A stretch of 35,050 nucleotides of DNA from Octopus bimaculoides (lineage: Eukaryota). A program made the translations under genes and the position numbers. The stretch spans positions 35,049,926 through 35,084,975 of the forward strand of contig NC_069004.1 of the NCBI RefSeq assembly GCF_001194135.2, in the 5' to 3' direction. Positions 34,258 through 35,050 of the stretch are shown here, in pieces; the stretch's first letter is position 1, and the number at the start of each line of letters is the position of its first letter. The notes beneath the pieces are model-generated. The model did no database searches. It saw only the letters and a program-made list of their open reading frames with translations, and was not told where the DNA came from.

Positions 34258-34289
<32 letters not shown>

Positions 34290-34370
34290 GTTGCATATCT
34301 GTAGATGTGTGTATATTTATGTATCCACAGTGTATATATATTGCAATGTAAGTGGAGTAAAGCATATTGC

Positions 34371-34579
34371 CTTCAAACTTTGGCACAAGGTCGGTGGTGT
34401 GGGGAAGTCGATTATATCGATGCCCCAGTACTAAAACTGTACTTATTTTATCGACCCCGGAAAGATGAAAGGCCAAGTCGTCGTCGGTGTTGGAATTTGA
34501 ACTCAGAACGTAAAGACGGACGAAATGCCGCTCAGCGTTTTCCCCGGCGTGCTAACGATTCCGCCAGCTCACAGCCTTA
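34371..34579 (-). mobile_element. Family B SINE, near full length
   Basis: TTTGGCACAAGG...AAGTCGATTATATCGA...GTACTTATTTTATCGACCCCGGAAAGATGAAAGG...GGAATTTGAACTCAGAACGTAAAGACGGACGAAATGCCGCT...GCGTGCTAACGATTCCGCCAGCTC. Confidence 0.9.
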
Positions 34580-34789
34580 AAAGTAGTAATGTATATTAAT
34601 ATATTTTACTAAGTGCGAAAACTTTCTGATGTAGGACTCAATACATTGGCTAATGTAAATGTGTTTGTTCGATCTTGTCCAATGTTGACTGGAGTCTAAT
34701 GATGACAAATGTTATATATACACAAATACATACACACACACTTATATAAATATGTATAATGTGTATGCGGGGTGGATTTTATCAATTAG

Positions 34790-34902
34790 AAGATGACCGG
34801 GTGACCAAATCCTGGATCACGCTTCTAATGACTGGACTGACCAATGGGAAACTTGAAGAAGCAGCCGTGAGAGCCTTCAGAACGGCGCAGAGGGGGAGAT
34901 GA
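34790..34902 (+). CDS. Isolated candidate exon ((E)DDRVTKSWITLLMTGLTNGKLEEAAVRAFRTAQRGR*)
   Basis: Non-repetitive GC-richer island after acceptor ttttatcaattag|; only the phase-1 frame is open; peptide looks natural but I do not recognise it. Confidence 0.2.
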
Positions 34903-35008
34903 AGCGACAATACAATATATACACACACATACACGCGCATGTGTGTGTGTGTTTGTGCGTGAGAGAGAGTTGTGTGTGTGTGATTGTACATCCATCTTTG
35001 TTACAGTC

Positions 35009-35050
<42 letters not shown>

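Noticed and set aside
989-34991. Most ORFs in the supplied track (YIYI, CVCV, THTH, LSLS, YLPT runs)
   Set aside because: They are translations of (TA)n, (TG)n, (CA)n, (CT)n and (CCTA)n microsatellites, not proteins.

Overview
Eukaryotic, AT-rich, mostly non-coding genomic DNA from a draft assembly with 11 N-gaps. It is saturated with microsatellites [(TA)n, (CA/TG)n, (GA)n, (AAT)n, (GGTA)n] and short interspersed repeats. The repeat landscape strongly resembles an octopus genome (recalled SINE sequences, not database-checked). At least four dispersed SINE-like families are present, labelled A-D here, plus a long-TIR MITE-like element and a tRNA-like fold-back. No long ORF and no recognisable gene were found: nearly all ORFs in the supplied track are microsatellite or gap artefacts. 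The best signals are: (i) a promoter-like island at ~9.45-9.67 kb with five CRGATCAATA copies plus ETS, YY1 and X-box-like motifs; (ii) a low-confidence chain of small, phase-compatible minus-strand exons; (iii) an inverted pair of degenerate hammerhead-ribozyme cores at ~22.2 kb; (iv) a tRNA-Thr(TGT)-like cloverleaf on an extended stem inside an inverted duplication at ~7.5-7.8 kb. I do not see evidence for a new multi-gene system. Repeat boundaries are approximate (about +/-15 nt).
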